From Telmatocola sphagniphila (GTDB taxonomy: Bacteria; Planctomycetota; Planctomycetia; Gemmatales; Gemmataceae): DNA of 32,000 nucleotides. Position numbers and translations under genes: made by a program. Location of the stretch: contig NZ_CP074694.1 in the NCBI RefSeq assembly GCF_018398935.1, positions 1,380,001 to 1,412,000 of the forward strand, given 5' to 3'. The notes under the pieces were generated by a model, which searched no databases, was not told the DNA's origin, and saw only the letters and a program-made list of their open reading frames with translations. Positions 30,501-32,000 of the stretch are shown here, piece after piece. Position 1 is the first letter of the stretch. Each line of letters begins with the position of its first letter.

Positions 30501-32000
30501 TTAGTTCGATCGAAAGCTGCGATAATTGACTTCCGCGAAGATAGGATTTCGACTCTCGAGAATTTCCAGTTTCTCGAGGTCGATTCTTTGTCGTTCCACC
30601 TGCTGGAGTAAATCGTCGGCATTTTCCAGATGGGTGTGCGTGCGTTGCACGGCATAATCGAACATCGTACCCATTTTCATGATGAAGGCCCAATCGGAAG
30701 ACTGAGCTAACAGGATTTCGCGAACGGCCTGATTCATTGCCCGTTCGAGGATCCGATCCGGAATTTCCAATTGATTGGCCAAGTCCTGGAGCCGATCCAC
30801 AATTCGATGCAGGTTCGGATAGATCCAGTCATTCGCCTGATTCAGCCAGACTTCACAGTAGCCTCCCTCTCCCCAGCTTGAAAAAGCGGGCGTGCAAATT
30901 TGAACGATGGGGAATTTCTCCAGATAGTCCGGCACGGCGATTAATTGAATCTCCTCAGATTCTAATGCAGTCAGGCGAACTAACTTGTCGAGCCACTCCG
31001 GCCCTTCGAACCACCAATGTCCAAACAATTCTGCATCGAACGGAGCAGTTACCAGGGGGGGACGCTCCGGCATAGCCTCCGTCAGCCATTGAATCTGCTT
31101 TAATCGGCTGCAAAGAAAGTGATCCGCATGCACGGAGGCTCTCTCGGACGCGCGATCCGGCTCGTAAACCTCCTTATTTTCGGTTCGTCCGGTTATGCGC
31201 TGGTACTTTAATCCGGTAAAGTGTCGGACCCCGAGCGAATGAAGATGCGGTTTCAGATAATCGAAATCGAGTTGAAAGCCGATGTCGTGATAGAAGTCTC
31301 GATACCAGGCGTCGGCCGGGTATCCTTCGACCGGGGACCATACCTGCCGTGCCGTTTCTGAATCCCGGCCAACCGCAACGATTTCCAGGTTGGGGAGTAC
31401 GACGGGAGCATAAACGCCGTACCGCGGACGAGGCTCGGCATTGGTTATACCATGCGTATCCACGAAGAAATAGCGCAGTCCGGCCCGGGAGAGTACCTCC
31501 TCCAAGCCGGGATAGTAGCCGCACTCCGGTAGCCAGATGCCTTGTGGTCTTCGCCCGAACTGCTTTTCGAACTCCCGACAGCCCAACTCCACTTGGACGC
31601 CAACGGCCACTGGATTTTGAACCAGCGGCAAGAAGGGGTGAGTGGCCGCACAGGTGATTAGTTCCAGATGGCCGGCTTCAAAAAAATATCGAAAACCTTT
31701 CAGCAGGTCGCAATCCCAGATTTTGACATAAGTTTCGCGACACTGGTACAGGCGTTGAAGATACATCTCCACCACAATCCGTAGTTTCGAATCCCATTGG
31801 ACGCGGCCCTGCTCTTTATCTGCAAGTTCGATGAGATTATCGAGATAGCGGAGATAACGCTCCTTCAGCATTTTATCTTCAAGCATGGCCGAGAGGGTCG
31901 GCGTGATGGACATCGTCAATCGCCAGGCCAGTTTGTCCTGGCACCAGCCCTGGAAGCGATTCAACAACGGGAGATAGGTTTCGGTGATGGCTTCAAATAG
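30501..32000 (-). CDS. GH57-family 1,4-alpha-glucan branching enzyme (partial; the N-terminus lies beyond the right edge)
   Basis: GIWLPECGYYPG (nucleophile Glu region) and TAPFDAELFGHWWFEGPEWL (acid/base Asp region) are GH57 signatures. The reading frame stays open to position 32000 (…LFEAITETYLPLLNRFQGW), so the ATG at 31967 in the ORF track is internal. Confidence 0.85.
   Translation of the reverse strand, partial: LFEAITETYLPLLNRFQGWCQDKLAWRLTMSITPTLSAMLEDKMLKERYLRYLDNLIELADKEQGRVQWDSKLRIVVEMYLQRLYQCRETYVKIWDCDLLKGFRYFFEAGHLELITCAATHPFLPLVQNPVAVGVQVELGCREFEKQFGRRPQGIWLPECGYYPGLEEVLSRAGLRYFFVDTHGITNAEPRPRYGVYAPVVLPNLEIVAVGRDSETARQVWSPVEGYPADAWYRDFYHDIGFQLDFDYLKPHLHSLGVRHFTGLKYQRITGRTENKEVYEPDRASERASVHADHFLCSRLKQIQWLTEAMPERPPLVTAPFDAELFGHWWFEGPEWLDKLVRLTALESEEIQLIAVPDYLEKFPIVQICTPAFSSWGEGGYCEVWLNQANDWIYPNLHRIVDRLQDLANQLEIPDRILERAMNQAVREILLAQSSDWAFIMKMGTMFDYAVQRTHTHLENADDLLQQVERQRIDLEKLEILESRNPIFAEVNYRSFRSN

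Noticed and set aside
1-32000. CRISPR arrays, rRNA genes, IS elements/transposases, prophage genes and toxin-antitoxin pairs.
   Set aside because: I found no regularly spaced repeats, no rRNA-like sequence and no transposase, integrase or phage motifs in any frame. Small intergenic regions leave little room for unannotated elements.

Overview
This window reads as a compact, gene-dense, mostly housekeeping chromosomal segment with moderate GC. I found no rRNA, CRISPR array, transposase, integrase or phage genes. All calls rest on motif recognition in the supplied translations and on my own reading of both strands; no database search was possible.

The protein flavour (ClpP N-termini, fasciclin, DUF1569, GT39, GH57, many lipoproteins) suggests a Planctomycetota-like organism. 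That is inference only.

**Gene content, left to right:**
- an SDR N-terminus running off the left edge (minus strand)
- an O-antigen-ligase-like membrane protein
- arfB
- a GT39/ArnT-like glycosyltransferase
- an MFS transporter and MmgE/PrpD-family operon
- a small membrane protein
- a UvrC N-terminal-half (Cho-like) nuclease
- a secreted fasciclin protein
- a purA-uppS-cdsA-phoH operon
- an AddB-like/AddA-like helicase-nuclease pair
- tdk
- a DUF1569/DinB-like protein
- a roughly 9.6 kb co-directional minus-strand run: kdsA, a 595-aa lipoprotein, an HD hydrolase, an FHA protein, tRNA-Gly(GCC), tig, clpP, clpP, a terminator, a coiled-coil lipoprotein, moaC, a polyprenyl synthase and the DUF1569 gene
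- an orphan 4-TM protein
- a secreted GYGQ/MPQ low-complexity protein
- a GH57 branching-enzyme gene running off the right edge

**No clear novel system.** I do not see a mobile or defence-type system. The best candidates for something undescribed are:
1. The AddAB-like pair. The motor subunit has no nuclease domain, and the only nuclease (Fe-S type) sits on a Walker-A-less partner, giving a one-motor/one-nuclease layout.
2. The translationally coupled kdsA-lipoprotein-HD-FHA module. Its 595-aa lipoprotein appears to carry a transglutaminase-like core with the Cys present and the His missing.
3. A UvrC N-terminal-half protein that keeps the UVR domain.
4. A secreted FUS-like GYGQ low-complexity protein.
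5. A CdsA whose otherwise textbook signature has H->F and R->V substitutions.
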